Virus record (IMG/VR): IMGVR_UViG_3300025770_000870
Span: 177,919 to 241,918 of that record
Reading direction: 5' to 3' (one strand)
Length of the DNA stretch: 64,000 bases
Both the position numbers and the translations under genes were made by a program. The notes beneath the pieces were generated by a model. The model ran no database searches, was not told the origin of the DNA, and saw only the letters and a list, made by a program, of their open reading frames with translations. Shown here one piece after another: positions 17,810-27,755 of the stretch (the first letter of the stretch is position 1; every line of letters starts with the position of its first letter).

Positions 17810-19713
17810 TACATTTTTATGAAATCTATTTGTTTCTTTTCTAAATCAACACCATTAACTATGATAGTTATCTCATCACCTAATCTGATTCTATCCCCAA
17901 CATCATTAAAGATTTGATAGTTTTGTGTGTCTATATTATAATTACCTTCTAAAGATTGGTATCTTATCATACCCTCACATTTACTTTCTGTTAATTCAAC
18001 ATATAATCCCCAATCAGTTACACCAGAAACTATCCCAGTGAATACTTTCCCAATTTTATCTAAAAGATATTCGGCTTGTTTGTATTTTATAGAATCTCTT
18101 TGGGCTCTGGATGCTATCAATTCTCTACTTGAACACCATTTAGCCTCATCTTCAACTTTAGTAGGGTTTCCTTGTTTCTTATTATGTAAGAAATCAAGTA
18201 ACATTCTATGTGTCATTAAATCCGGATACCTACGTATTGGACTTGTGAAGTGTGAATAGTGTGTGAATCCTAATCCATAATGTCCTATGTTTTGTATTGT
18301 GTATGTTGCTTTAGACATACATCTAGTTACAACCGTACTTAACATATTTTCTTCTGGTGTTCCTTTAACATCTTGTAATAACTTGTTTATAGATTTTTTA
18401 AGATCTTCAGATTCGCCTTCTATTTTGAATTCGTGACCAAAAGTCTTACACACATTTGATAATGCTGTTAACTTCTCCATATTAGGAGTATCATGTACTC
18501 TAAATACATTAGTTCTCGAATTACTTGATAATAGTTTAGCAACAGATTTATTAGCTAGTAACATAAATTCTTCAATTAATTTATTAGCTTCTTTCTGTTC
18601 TTTGAAATAAACACCAATTGGTTTCTTATTATCCTCTGCTAATTCGAATCGAACTTCCACACCACCCATCTCTAATGAACCGTCTTTAATTCTTTTCTTT
18701 CTTATTTTCTTAGCTAATGTGTTTAGATGATTAATCATCAATGGATAAACACTACCATCACCTGTGTATTTTTCATCATTACCCTCGATTATCTCTTGAG
18801 CATCCTCATAAGCAAATCTCATATCAGAATGTATGACTGTTTTACCGTGCCATTCTTTAACAATTTTACCATCCGAGTCTAGTGTAAATACAACTGAAAA
18901 TGCTAACCTATCTTCATTAGGTTTTAATGAACATATTCCATTACTAAGTCTTTCTGGTAACATAGATACACATCTATCAACTAGATACACAGATGTTGCT
19001 CTTTCATAAGCTTCATCATCTAATTTAGTACCAGGTTTAACATAGTGTCCAACATCAGCAATATGTACTCCTACTTCAAATCTATTATCATTCATTACTT
19101 TAAGTGATAATGCGTCATCAAAATCACGAGCATCTACTGGGTCGATTGTTATTGTTGTTGTATCTCTCATATCTCTACGAGATTTTATTTCCTTTTCGGT
19201 TATTACTTCTGGTGTGAGTTCTGATTCGTTTATAACATCTTGTGGAAAATCAACTGGTAATCCATATTCATACATTATCGAATTCATCTCAGCGTTATTA
19301 TCACCAACATCTCCTAATATCTTAGTTATCTTAGCTTGTGGGGATTTACTATCTACCCACTTTGTGAGTTCGACTATAACCTTTTGGTTATCTTCCGATT
19401 TTAATCCACCCTTGATATAGAAATCAACTGGTATTCTTTTATTATCTGCTATAACAAATGTTGATTTACCATTAATATGTACCTTACCAACGAATTCTTT
19501 CTTATTCCTTGATATTGTGTTAATTACTTTAGCTTCTAATTTCCTATCACCCCTAAATACTTCTACAATTACTTTATCTAAGTGTAAAGCATTTTTAGTA
19601 TTCTTCTTATAAATGAAAATTGATTTATCGTTTATTGTGATTGTTGCGTGTCTGTTTGTTGAGAACTCTATTTGACCTTCGTAACGTTCTCCTTCTTTTA
19701 TATTATTATTCAT
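17809..19713 (-). CDS. rnr: ribonuclease R (RNB family 3'-5' exoribonuclease)
   Basis: TIDPVDARDFDDALS, VHIADV, HFTSPIRRYPD, C-terminal S1 domain; likely start MNNNIKEG at 19713. Confidence 0.95.
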   Translation of the reverse strand: MNNNIKEGERYEGQIEFSTNRHATITINDKSIFIYKKNTKNALHLDKVIVEVFRGDRKLEAKVINTISRNKKEFVGKVHINGKSTFVIADNKRIPVDFYIKGGLKSEDNQKVIVELTKWVDSKSPQAKITKILGDVGDNNAEMNSIMYEYGLPVDFPQDVINESELTPEVITEKEIKSRRDMRDTTTITIDPVDARDFDDALSLKVMNDNRFEVGVHIADVGHYVKPGTKLDDEAYERATSVYLVDRCVSMLPERLSNGICSLKPNEDRLAFSVVFTLDSDGKIVKEWHGKTVIHSDMRFAYEDAQEIIEGNDEKYTGDGSVYPLMINHLNTLAKKIRKKRIKDGSLEMGGVEVRFELAEDNKKPIGVYFKEQKEANKLIEEFMLLANKSVAKLLSSNSRTNVFRVHDTPNMEKLTALSNVCKTFGHEFKIEGESEDLKKSINKLLQDVKGTPEENMLSTVVTRCMSKATYTIQNIGHYGLGFTHYSHFTSPIRRYPDLMTHRMLLDFLHNKKQGNPTKVEDEAKWCSSRELIASRAQRDSIKYKQAEYLLDKIGKVFTGIVSGVTDWGLYVELTESKCEGMIRYQSLEGNYNIDTQNYQIFNDVGDRIRLGDEITIIVNGVDLEKKQIDFIKM

Positions 19714-19723
19714 ATTCCTTTTA

Positions 19724-20137
19724 TTAGGAAATATCGTTTTGTTTATTATCGCGTTTGGATATGTTGTCAACACCGTACTTATCTATAAGTGTTTTTTTCA
19801 TTTTTTTCAATATTTTATTGTTTTGTATTGGATAGTCAACACCGTAATTTTCTCTTAATGATTTTTTCCTTTTTGATTCTGAGCATTTTCTACAAGAGTA
19901 TTCACCCCAGTTATTATCATATTTAATATAGTTCTTGAATATTACATCCTTTTCGATTCCACATTTATCACACTTACACTTTATTTTATAGTGGGATCCT
20001 TTGGATAGTAATTCAACTGGTATTATTAATAATTCACCAATTGTAACATCACTATATCCTAGATTTTCATAGTATGAATAGTTTGCTTCGCTTATTTTAA
20101 CTTTTATCTCTCTAGTTATTATCATAAAAAACCTCAA
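19724..20137 (-). CDS. zinc-ribbon protein with KYGV repeats (homing-endonuclease-like DNA-binding remnant)
   Basis: CKCDKC...CRKC followed by NYGVDYP and KYGVDNI repeats; no nuclease motif seen. Confidence 0.5.
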   Translation of the reverse strand: MRFFMIITREIKVKISEANYSYYENLGYSDVTIGELLIIPVELLSKGSHYKIKCKCDKCGIEKDVIFKNYIKYDNNWGEYSCRKCSESKRKKSLRENYGVDYPIQNNKILKKMKKTLIDKYGVDNISKRDNKQNDIS

Positions 20138-20215
20138 AATTTTAATTATTTATTAAATATGTGTTGTCCTCTTCCCGTACTCACCAAACCTTCTTTAATA
20201 AAAGATTATAGAGCC

Positions 20216-20234
20216 TCTGTAAAGAATCCACCTT
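20216..20234 (+). promoter_or_regulatory. 19-bp element upstream of the prohead protease late promoter
   Basis: TCTGTAAAGAATCCACCTT, identical copy at 22439-22457 with the same spacing to ATATATAC. Confidence 0.7.
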
Positions 20235-20294
20235 TGTTATTTTTAGAATTTACATTGTCAATATATACTAAGAAGCAAAAAATAATTATTTTAC

Positions 20295-22436
20295 ATGAAA
20301 CCGGTTTTAATAGTAGAAAATTCACAAAACCAACTTATTAGAGAGAGTAACTCTGCTAATAAGGGGTACACATTAGGTGGTACATTCACCGAATTCGGTG
20401 TCAAGAACAGAAATGAACGTATTTATTCGGCTGATAAATTTTTACCAGCATTGAATGAAATGAATGAACGTATAAGTGGCTTAGGTGCTGTTTATGGTGA
20501 ATTCGATCATCCAGACGTTTTTGACACATCACTCTCAAGAGCCTCGCATATTATCACAAAGGCAAGTTATATCCAAGAGAAAAATATCGTAGCGGGAGAG
20601 ATTAAATTACTAAGTACTTACTGGGGTAAGGAAGCAAAAGCACTTGTCGATGACGGGTGTCCTGTATTCGTTTCTTCAAGAGCTGCTGGTATTACTGAAT
20701 CTGATGGTTCAGTTTCCCTTAAAAAATTATTTACTTATGACATTGTTGCTGACCCAGGATTTGCGTCAGCTAAAATGGATGTTAAGGTACTTAATGAGTC
20801 ATTGGGATATAATGACGAAAAATCTAACTTTAGGATATATGAAATGTCCGATGAGTCAAAAATAAATGAGTTATTCAATATGAACAAAAATGAGTTTGTA
20901 ACAAAAAAACAATTGACTGACTACTCTAACTACTTAGTTAACGAATTAGCATCAACTAAGAAGACAGTTAATACAGCCATTACTAAAGGTAATGTAGCTC
21001 CAAAGAAATTGGAACAATTATTAGAGTATTATGAAGAGTTAAACAACTCTAATTCAAAAGTAGCTAAGTATCTTGATTATTTATCAGAAAAGGTACAAAT
21101 AGTAGTTAATGAGAATAAATCATTAAAGAAGACAACTGAGAAATTAGTTAAACATAATGATTATTTAGCAGAAAACTTAGAGAAATCTATTAATTACGCT
21201 GAGTATTTAGGTGAAAACTTAGATAAGAACATTGATTATTCTGAGTATTTAGCTGAGAATTTAGACAAGAACATATCTTATGCTGAGTATTTAGCTGAGA
21301 ATGTTGATAAAAACATTTCATATTCTGAGTATTTAGCTGAGAGTTTAGATAAGAACATTGCTTATTCTGAATATATCGCTGAGAATTTAGACAAAAACAT
21401 CGCTTATTCTGAGTATATCGCTGAGAATTTAGACAAAAACATTGCTTACTCTGAGTATATCGCAGAAAACGTTGATAATAATATCGCTTATTCTGAATAC
21501 TTATCTGAGCATGTTGAAGGTAACATTGCTTACTCTGAGTATATCGCAGAACATTTAGATGATAACATCGCTTATTCTGAGTATGTAGCAGAGAATCTTG
21601 ACAAATCAATTAATTATCAAGGATTGATAGTTGAGAGATTAAACGGAGATAAATTATTTGAATCTGTTGAAGGATCTGAAAGCTTCCCATCTCTAGACGA
21701 TGCTGGTTTTGAAGCTTTTGATGATGAAGAAAACAAAGATGAAGAAAATTGTAATCTTGAAGTATCATTAGATAATAATGATGAAGAAAATGGTGTTGAA
21801 GAATCTGTTGAGAATACAGATGATTACGCAACAGAAGAAAACAAAGATGAAGAAAATAAAGATGAAGAAAACAAAGAAGATAAAACTGAAAGCCATGATA
21901 TGGTAAACGGTGATAGTGATTCTGAATTATCTGAATCTATTGATAAACTAATTGAAGAAGCTAAAAAACGAAAAGTTTCTGAAACAACAGATGTGAATTT
22001 CTTGAAGTTCATGTCTAAATCACAAGTTGACAGCTTTTACGCTTTGTCAAATGACGAACAAGAGTCAGTTAAAGTCCATATAAACGAAAGAGACTACTTT
22101 ACTCAAAAAGATGTTTTGTTATTGATATCTGAAGCACTATCAACTAAGAACGAATCTCTTGAAGAGAGAATAATCAGATTGATGCCTGAAAACACAAAGC
22201 CAATCTGGGAACAATTAAACGACACTTCTAAGAAATCTATCTTGTCACAAGCTAGATTATATCCAGAAGACGTTTTAACTACTGAGGCACAAGTTGAACA
22301 TTTTTGGTCAACTAGAAAGCTAAAGACAAATGAGTCTGTAACAAAGAAACTTGTATCACATGAAAGCCTTATCCAAGAAGATAAACTTTCAGATAATGAT
22401 GTTCAAGCGATAATGGAAAGATTCAAAAATATTTAA
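20295..22436 (+). CDS. prohead protease (gp21-like) fused to a scaffold/core domain
   Basis: KNRNERIY, YGEFDHP, SHII, VSSRAAG, DIVADPG; then 14-aa repeats and an acidic region. Confidence 0.9.
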   Translation: MKPVLIVENSQNQLIRESNSANKGYTLGGTFTEFGVKNRNERIYSADKFLPALNEMNERISGLGAVYGEFDHPDVFDTSLSRASHIITKASYIQEKNIVAGEIKLLSTYWGKEAKALVDDGCPVFVSSRAAGITESDGSVSLKKLFTYDIVADPGFASAKMDVKVLNESLGYNDEKSNFRIYEMSDESKINELFNMNKNEFVTKKQLTDYSNYLVNELASTKKTVNTAITKGNVAPKKLEQLLEYYEELNNSNSKVAKYLDYLSEKVQIVVNENKSLKKTTEKLVKHNDYLAENLEKSINYAEYLGENLDKNIDYSEYLAENLDKNISYAEYLAENVDKNISYSEYLAESLDKNIAYSEYIAENLDKNIAYSEYIAENLDKNIAYSEYIAENVDNNIAYSEYLSEHVEGNIAYSEYIAEHLDDNIAYSEYVAENLDKSINYQGLIVERLNGDKLFESVEGSESFPSLDDAGFEAFDDEENKDEENCNLEVSLDNNDEENGVEESVENTDDYATEENKDEENKDEENKEDKTESHDMVNGDSDSELSESIDKLIEEAKKRKVSETTDVNFLKFMSKSQVDSFYALSNDEQESVKVHINERDYFTQKDVLLLISEALSTKNESLEERIIRLMPENTKPIWEQLNDTSKKSILSQARLYPEDVLTTEAQVEHFWSTRKLKTNESVTKKLVSHESLIQEDKLSDNDVQAIMERFKNI
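21174..21635 (+). repeat. 11 x 42-bp in-frame tandem repeat (NLDKNIAYSEYIAE consensus)
   Basis: units counted in the translation from NLEKSINYAEYLGE to NLDKSINYQGLIVE. Confidence 0.9.
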
Positions 22437-22438
22437 TG

Positions 22439-22457
22439 TCTGTAAAGAATCCACCTT
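22439..22457 (+). promoter_or_regulatory. 19-bp element upstream of the major capsid late promoter
   Basis: identical to 20216-20234. Confidence 0.7.
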
Positions 22458-22521
22458 GGTAAAAATCAAGAATTTGTGGGTTTATATATACATTAATTAA
22501 AAAAAATAAAAAAAGAAAATT

Positions 22522-24252
22522 ATGTCACACATTAGAATAGACAAACAAAAAGCTATGAAGAAATGGTCTCCAGTATTAGAGAACATGGGAGTTGCTGGTG
22601 AAGATAGATTGGATTGGATGTCAGAATATGCTGAATTTCACTCAATCAATGAAAACGCTTACGCAAACGCTTCAAACGTATCGGGTATGGGAGCTGTAGT
22701 AGCTGCACAACCTAATTCATTAGCTGGTAACACAATTGGCAATTACGCTGACTCAACTGGTTCAGGTGATGTTGGTCAAAACCTTTTACCGGTAGCGATG
22801 AAAATAGCAGCTCAAACAATCGGTTTAGATTTAGTAGCTGTTAAACCTTCTCCAGGTCCAAAAATTGATTTATTATATATCGACTTTAGATATGATGATG
22901 CTCATTTAGGAGATTCAGACGAAAGACCACAAGTCTTTAAGATTGCACCAAACGCTACATTTTTAACTACTGGTGCTGGTGGTATGACAGCAGTTATCGC
23001 TGGATTAAGAGCTCAATTAGCTACGAATACAATCACTGAAACAGTTGGTGGTTTAACTGGTAGAATGTGGAATGATATCACAGATGGTTCAGATGTAGTT
23101 GTAGAACCAACACCTTCAAAAGAAGGAAAAGTTGAATTTTTAGGATTCTCTAGAATTGATGGTTATCCAATGTTCAGAGCTTACAGACAGATGAATACAT
23201 CTCACACAGATGTTGGTTCAGCTCAAGCAAACTGGGGATTTGACCCGACTAGAAACACATTTAGTCCTACAATGTCAATGGCTTCTCAAATTACTGATTT
23301 AGGAGATGTTACTTTAACTGATGAGCCTACTATTGAATTAGTATCAGCTCTTGAAGATCACATTCCTGGTTTCTCTGCAAACTGGATGTCGGATGCTACT
23401 GGCCCTGCTGGTAACTATCCAATGGATAGAGAAATGGACGATAAAAGATACTCTGGTATCATCGGACCAAAAATTAGTTCTAAAACAGTTGCCGTAGGTA
23501 CTATTGAAGTATCTTCAGCTCTTAGAAGAACTGAAATTGAAGATATCAAAGCTAACACTGGTATGGATATCGTTCAAAAAATGGAGTCAATTCTTGTTAA
23601 TGAATTATCTCAAACAATCTCTAAGCAAATTGTTGCTAAGATATTTGAAATGGGTTCACTTAACAGATTATCTGCACCAGCTTATGTTGGAACAGCACCG
23701 GCACCATTAGCGGGACAAACAATCTTTGACTTAAACACAGCTTATGCAACTGTTGCTGCTGGTAATGGAAACGTTGGTGGTGAAACTACACACGCTGTTC
23801 AAAGAAAGCTTGTAACTAAGATAGCTCACGCTTCTAACTACATCGCTACAGAGGGACGTGTTGGTCCAGCTCAATACCTTATTACAAATGGGGGATTAGC
23901 AGCAGCACTTTCTGATATCTCTGGTTATACAATTAACCCAGTGAAATCAAAAATCAATGGTCAAGGTCAATTATACCCAGTAGGTTCAATTGGAGATATT
24001 TCAATATATGTTGATCCATATATGAGATATAACGACAATAGAATTGCTCTTGGTAGAAAGAACAATCCAGATCAACCAGGTATTATTTTTGTACCTTACT
24101 TAATGGCTCAGTCTATATCTGTAATTTCTGAAGCGACTTTCGCTCCTAGAATGTTACTAAGATCTAGATACGCTGTAACAGAAGTTGGTTGGTTCCCACA
24201 AAAACAATTTATGACTATCGAAGTTACAGATGTGAATACACTTCTTAACTAA
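22522..24252 (+). CDS. major capsid protein (T4 gp23-like)
   Basis: KKWSPVLE start, QTIGLDLVAVKP, IFVPY, TFAPRMLLRSRYAV; lies downstream of protease/scaffold. Confidence 0.92.
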   Translation: MSHIRIDKQKAMKKWSPVLENMGVAGEDRLDWMSEYAEFHSINENAYANASNVSGMGAVVAAQPNSLAGNTIGNYADSTGSGDVGQNLLPVAMKIAAQTIGLDLVAVKPSPGPKIDLLYIDFRYDDAHLGDSDERPQVFKIAPNATFLTTGAGGMTAVIAGLRAQLATNTITETVGGLTGRMWNDITDGSDVVVEPTPSKEGKVEFLGFSRIDGYPMFRAYRQMNTSHTDVGSAQANWGFDPTRNTFSPTMSMASQITDLGDVTLTDEPTIELVSALEDHIPGFSANWMSDATGPAGNYPMDREMDDKRYSGIIGPKISSKTVAVGTIEVSSALRRTEIEDIKANTGMDIVQKMESILVNELSQTISKQIVAKIFEMGSLNRLSAPAYVGTAPAPLAGQTIFDLNTAYATVAAGNGNVGGETTHAVQRKLVTKIAHASNYIATEGRVGPAQYLITNGGLAAALSDISGYTINPVKSKINGQGQLYPVGSIGDISIYVDPYMRYNDNRIALGRKNNPDQPGIIFVPYLMAQSISVISEATFAPRMLLRSRYAVTEVGWFPQKQFMTIEVTDVNTLLN

Positions 24253-24273
24253 ATAGTTAAATTGAAAATACCG

Positions 24274-24301
24274 AAAAAAGACTCCTTGTGGGTCTTTTTT
24301 C
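24274..24301 (+). terminator. intrinsic terminator after capsid gene
   Basis: AAAAAGAC(T)-loop-(G)GTCTTTTTT. Confidence 0.65.
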
Positions 24302-24326
24302 TTTTTAAATAATTTATATATACACT

Positions 24327-24716
24327 ATGATTAAAAAGTATAATTATTTCTTTGAGTCTAAGAAGACTAAGTTCCCTAATATTAAGAAAGTTGAAGTAGA
24401 AGGATTCTTTATTCATATAGGTAGAGACTCCAAATCTAACGACCACTTAACATTTAACGTTGCTGATGATAAAGACATCTGGATGCACGCTAAGGGTGTT
24501 CCTGGGAGTCATGTTATTATAAGAGTTAGAGAAAACTTACCAACTCAAGAAATACTAAGATATGTTGCTGAATTAGCTAAAAAGAATAGTAAAGCTAGTA
24601 AAGAAGATAATGTAACTGTTGTTTATTGCCAAAGAAAATTTGTTAAGAAAGAAAGTGGTATGAATGAGGGTCAAGTAAGAGTTGATTATATCAATGCCTA
24701 CGAAATCGTAGTTTGA
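24327..24716 (+). CDS. standalone NFACT-R (DUF814, RqcH/FbpA C-terminal RNA-binding) domain protein
   Basis: IGRDSKSNDHLT, DIWMHAKGVPGSHVII, VVYCQRKFVKK; CTS-like start MIKKYNYFFES. Confidence 0.9.
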   Translation: MIKKYNYFFESKKTKFPNIKKVEVEGFFIHIGRDSKSNDHLTFNVADDKDIWMHAKGVPGSHVIIRVRENLPTQEILRYVAELAKKNSKASKEDNVTVVYCQRKFVKKESGMNEGQVRVDYINAYEIVV

Positions 24717-24753
24717 TATTTAATATATAAGATTAATAAAATAAATTTTTATA

Positions 24754-26109
24754 ATGGCAGGAGAAACTAAAAGAGTAAAATTTTCGGATAAATTACTAAA
24801 GATACTTAAAAGTATGGAGGATAATAATAGTTATCTAGCTTTTGAACTTCTTTGGATGAATGATCCAACTGCAAAATATCATAATGGCCTTAATATAACA
24901 AATGTTGATTGTGGTACAGATAAATCATCAGATTTTAATTTCACTGTTGTTATTGGTGGTAAGAAAAATATAATGAAAATTGGTAAATTCATTAGATATT
25001 ACTTTTCTAATCTATTTAGTAGTGATGAGATAACAAAATTTGCTCATGCTTTCAATAGAGTGAAGAATGGTGGTAAGGCTGAACAATCTGGTAAAAAAGT
25101 TGAAATACCTGAGTTTAGTTATAATCCAAAAGACCCTAGGTCTACATTCTTATCACTTGTTACAGAAACATACCCACACCCACATGAGGAGAAAGTTATG
25201 AAATACTTACCAAAAGACTTAGATAAAGATGAATTTGGTAATTATTATAAAGTGATTCCTGGTGATGATACTACAATGTTTAGTTCTCACCTTGATACGG
25301 CTGATAGAAGTCCAGTTCCTACTAACCTATTCACTAAAGAGGTAGATGGGGATGAGATAATCTATACTGATGGTAGTACAATATTAGGGGCTGATGATAA
25401 GTCTGGAGTTACTGTTATGATGTATATGATGGTTCATAATATCCCAGGTATTTATTATTTCTTTATTGGTGAAGAAAGAGGTGGTATTGGTTCTAATCAA
25501 TTAGCTGATGTTTATGATAAATTTGATTTCCTAAAAAATGTTAAGAAATGTATTTCTTTTGATAGAAGAAGAACAATTTCTGTTATAACACATCAAATGG
25601 GTGGTCGTTGTTGTTCTGATGCTTTTGGTACAGGACTTTGTAAAGAGTACAATAAACAAGGACTTAACCTTTCATTGGATAATGGTGGCGTTTATACTGA
25701 TTCTGCTTCATTTATGGATATTATTCCTGAGTGTACTAATTTATCTGTTGGTTATTTAAATGAACACACAGGTAGAGAAGAACAAAACATGACATTTTTA
25801 ATACAGTTGTGTAAAACTTCTATTAATGTTGATTGGGCTGGATTACCAGTTGCTAGAAAAGTAGGTTTGAACCTTGATTTAGTGCAGAAGCACAAATCTT
25901 TAATTGATGTTATAAAAAATGCAGTATTTGAATTAGAGGTGAAGATGGTTGGGTTTGAGGATAAAATATATATAAGAATAGATTTAGATGATACTAATCT
26001 AGTAACTGTTTATGATACTTTGAATATTGTACAAAACTTACTTGATAAACATAAAGTAGATAGTATGTGTATTTTTACTGAAACATATCTTAAAATAGAA
26101 TTAACATAA
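24754..26109 (+). CDS. M28-family metallopeptidase with N-terminal extension
   Basis: SHLDT, GADDKSG, GEERG, SFDRR, TDSA, NEHT zinc-ligand motifs. Confidence 0.8.
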   Translation: MAGETKRVKFSDKLLKILKSMEDNNSYLAFELLWMNDPTAKYHNGLNITNVDCGTDKSSDFNFTVVIGGKKNIMKIGKFIRYYFSNLFSSDEITKFAHAFNRVKNGGKAEQSGKKVEIPEFSYNPKDPRSTFLSLVTETYPHPHEEKVMKYLPKDLDKDEFGNYYKVIPGDDTTMFSSHLDTADRSPVPTNLFTKEVDGDEIIYTDGSTILGADDKSGVTVMMYMMVHNIPGIYYFFIGEERGGIGSNQLADVYDKFDFLKNVKKCISFDRRRTISVITHQMGGRCCSDAFGTGLCKEYNKQGLNLSLDNGGVYTDSASFMDIIPECTNLSVGYLNEHTGREEQNMTFLIQLCKTSINVDWAGLPVARKVGLNLDLVQKHKSLIDVIKNAVFELEVKMVGFEDKIYIRIDLDDTNLVTVYDTLNIVQNLLDKHKVDSMCIFTETYLKIELT

Positions 26110-26110
26110 T

Positions 26111-26605
26111 ATGAAGAATATTAAGAATTATAAGAAGTTCCTAGAAAAGGAAAATATAAGAGAGGATGAGAACTCATATCTTAATGATGATATTAACGAT
26201 CCTTGGGGTGATCCAAGTGATAGATGGTCTGATCGGTCGGATTATGATGATGAGGGTTACCAGTATCTTAATGGTGGTGAGTCTAGATCTAGTGAGGATG
26301 ATAATGATGATAGAGATGATGTTCAACATTTACTTTACTTGTTAAGAACAATGTTTAAGAACAATGGTATTGAGGTTGAAATAGAACATAAGAACTTAGA
26401 TATTATGATATATTGTGTTATGAATAGAAAGGAAAGATTAAAAGATGTTATTAATGTTTTAGATGTGGCTAATAAATTGAAGAAGGATGTATTACCACAA
26501 TATGATTGTGAGTTTGAGATGTGGGAAACTAGAAAAGGTAAACCAATGTTAACCTTTAACTTCTTTTATGATGAAGGTTTGAACGATGATCGTGTTCCAT
26601 TTTAA
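26111..26605 (+). CDS. acidic hypothetical protein with CTS-like N-terminus
   Basis: starts MKNIKNYKKFLE; ends LNDDRVPF. Confidence 0.7.
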   Translation: MKNIKNYKKFLEKENIREDENSYLNDDINDPWGDPSDRWSDRSDYDDEGYQYLNGGESRSSEDDNDDRDDVQHLLYLLRTMFKNNGIEVEIEHKNLDIMIYCVMNRKERLKDVINVLDVANKLKKDVLPQYDCEFEMWETRKGKPMLTFNFFYDEGLNDDRVPF

Positions 26606-26675
26606 CTATAAACAATCCATTTTAACAACTTTTAAATATTTTAGTATATTATATATACATTAATTACAAACACTT

Positions 26676-27052
26676 GGGGGTGTCATAGAATAGATTCGCA
26701 GAGTAAAGGTAGTTATGCAGGTATCGGATTGTTAAATACCCGATTAATAAATTAAATAACAAAACAGTAAACGGAAACGTAACAGAAGTAGCAAGCAAAG
26801 AAGATTTAGTATTTGCTCTACAAAACAACCTACTTAACGTAGGGGAGTTAGTTGAAGCTTAATAGAGGAAACTCTTGAAAATTTAACAACTGATTTACAC
26901 AGTTAAAAAGGTAAGACCGTTATTTGATAATTTTTAGAAGTCTTTTCAAAAAAATTATCTAGTTTGAAAGTTTAGAAAAACTTTCTAAGCCTGTAAATGA
27001 ATAATTATTGTTAACTGAGGAAGACACGATGGGCAGTACATCGTCATCTCCA
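26676..27052 (+). ncRNA. ssrA: tmRNA (one-piece)
   Basis: 5' GGGGGTG pairs with 3' CATCTCC (27045-27051) including the G3.U70 alanine determinant and discriminator A; T-arm ACGATG/CATCGT; helix 2 TGCAGG/CCTGTA and TAGTTAT/ATAATTA; internal tag ORF 26773-26862; late promoter upstream and terminator downstream. Confidence 0.88.
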
Positions 27053-27087
27053 CAAGAGCCGATTGAATACTTTCAATTGGATTTTTT

Positions 27088-27120
27088 AACCTCACTTCCT
27101 ACATGGGAGTGAGGTTTTTT
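27088..27120 (+). terminator. intrinsic terminator after tmRNA
   Basis: AACCTCACTTCC-tacat-GGGAGTGAGGTT plus T-run. Confidence 0.85.
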
Positions 27121-27184
27121 AATGCTATAGAACTATGACGTATTGTTTTTGATAAACTAATCTATTATTTTAAATATAATAGTT

Positions 27185-27661
27185 ATGATTAATAAATTCG
27201 AAGGTCGCTGGAGATTTCTATCAAACTTCTATCCGTGTGTGGTAGAACACCAAGGTATATCATATCCATCAAATGAACATTATTATGTTGCTATGAAAGT
27301 GACGGATGAACAATTTATTAATGGTAGATATTATACCGCTGGTGATTTCAGAGAAATGATAGCGACAATACCAAGTGCTGCTATTGCTAAAAAGTTAGGA
27401 CAGAAAATAAAGGTTCGTAAAGATTGGGAAGTTAAGAAGATTGAATTTATGAACTGGGGTGTTAGAGAAAAATTTAATAACAACTCAACTCTTCGAGAAT
27501 TATTATTATCAACTGGTGACGATGAACTAATCGAGGGTAATTTTCATAAAGATACTTTTTGGGGAGTTTGTAATGGAAAGGGTAAAAACCATCTTGGTAA
27601 AATTCTTATGGAAGTAAGAAGAGAGTTGAGAGGTGAGAAGAGAGTTGGTCTGTTTATTTGA
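27185..27661 (+). CDS. NADAR (YbiA/DUF1768) family protein
   Basis: FLSNFYP, YPSNEHYY, REKF...LRELLLSTGDDELIEGN...DTFWGV...GKNHLGKILMEVR. Confidence 0.92.
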   Translation: MINKFEGRWRFLSNFYPCVVEHQGISYPSNEHYYVAMKVTDEQFINGRYYTAGDFREMIATIPSAAIAKKLGQKIKVRKDWEVKKIEFMNWGVREKFNNNSTLRELLLSTGDDELIEGNFHKDTFWGVCNGKGKNHLGKILMEVRRELRGEKRVGLFI

Positions 27662-27755
27662 ATAAAAAAGGGAAACTTTTGATAAGATTGCTTCTATAAC
27701 TAAAAGTAAGAAAAAATATAGAAAATAATTTCTAAAAAATATAAAACCAATAAAA

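Noticed and set aside
19724-20137. Active homing endonuclease or mobile element
   Set aside because: Only zinc-ribbon and KYGV repeats are present; no GIY-YIG, HNH or PD-(D/E)xK nuclease motif
21174-21635. 42-bp periodic repeats as a CRISPR array
   Set aside because: The repeats are contiguous, have no unique spacers, vary at synonymous positions and are in frame within the scaffold gene
26676-27052. Ordinary tRNA-Ala
   Set aside because: The acceptor halves are about 370 nt apart with no anticodon arm; an internal reading frame indicates tmRNA. No canonical tRNA was recognised in the window
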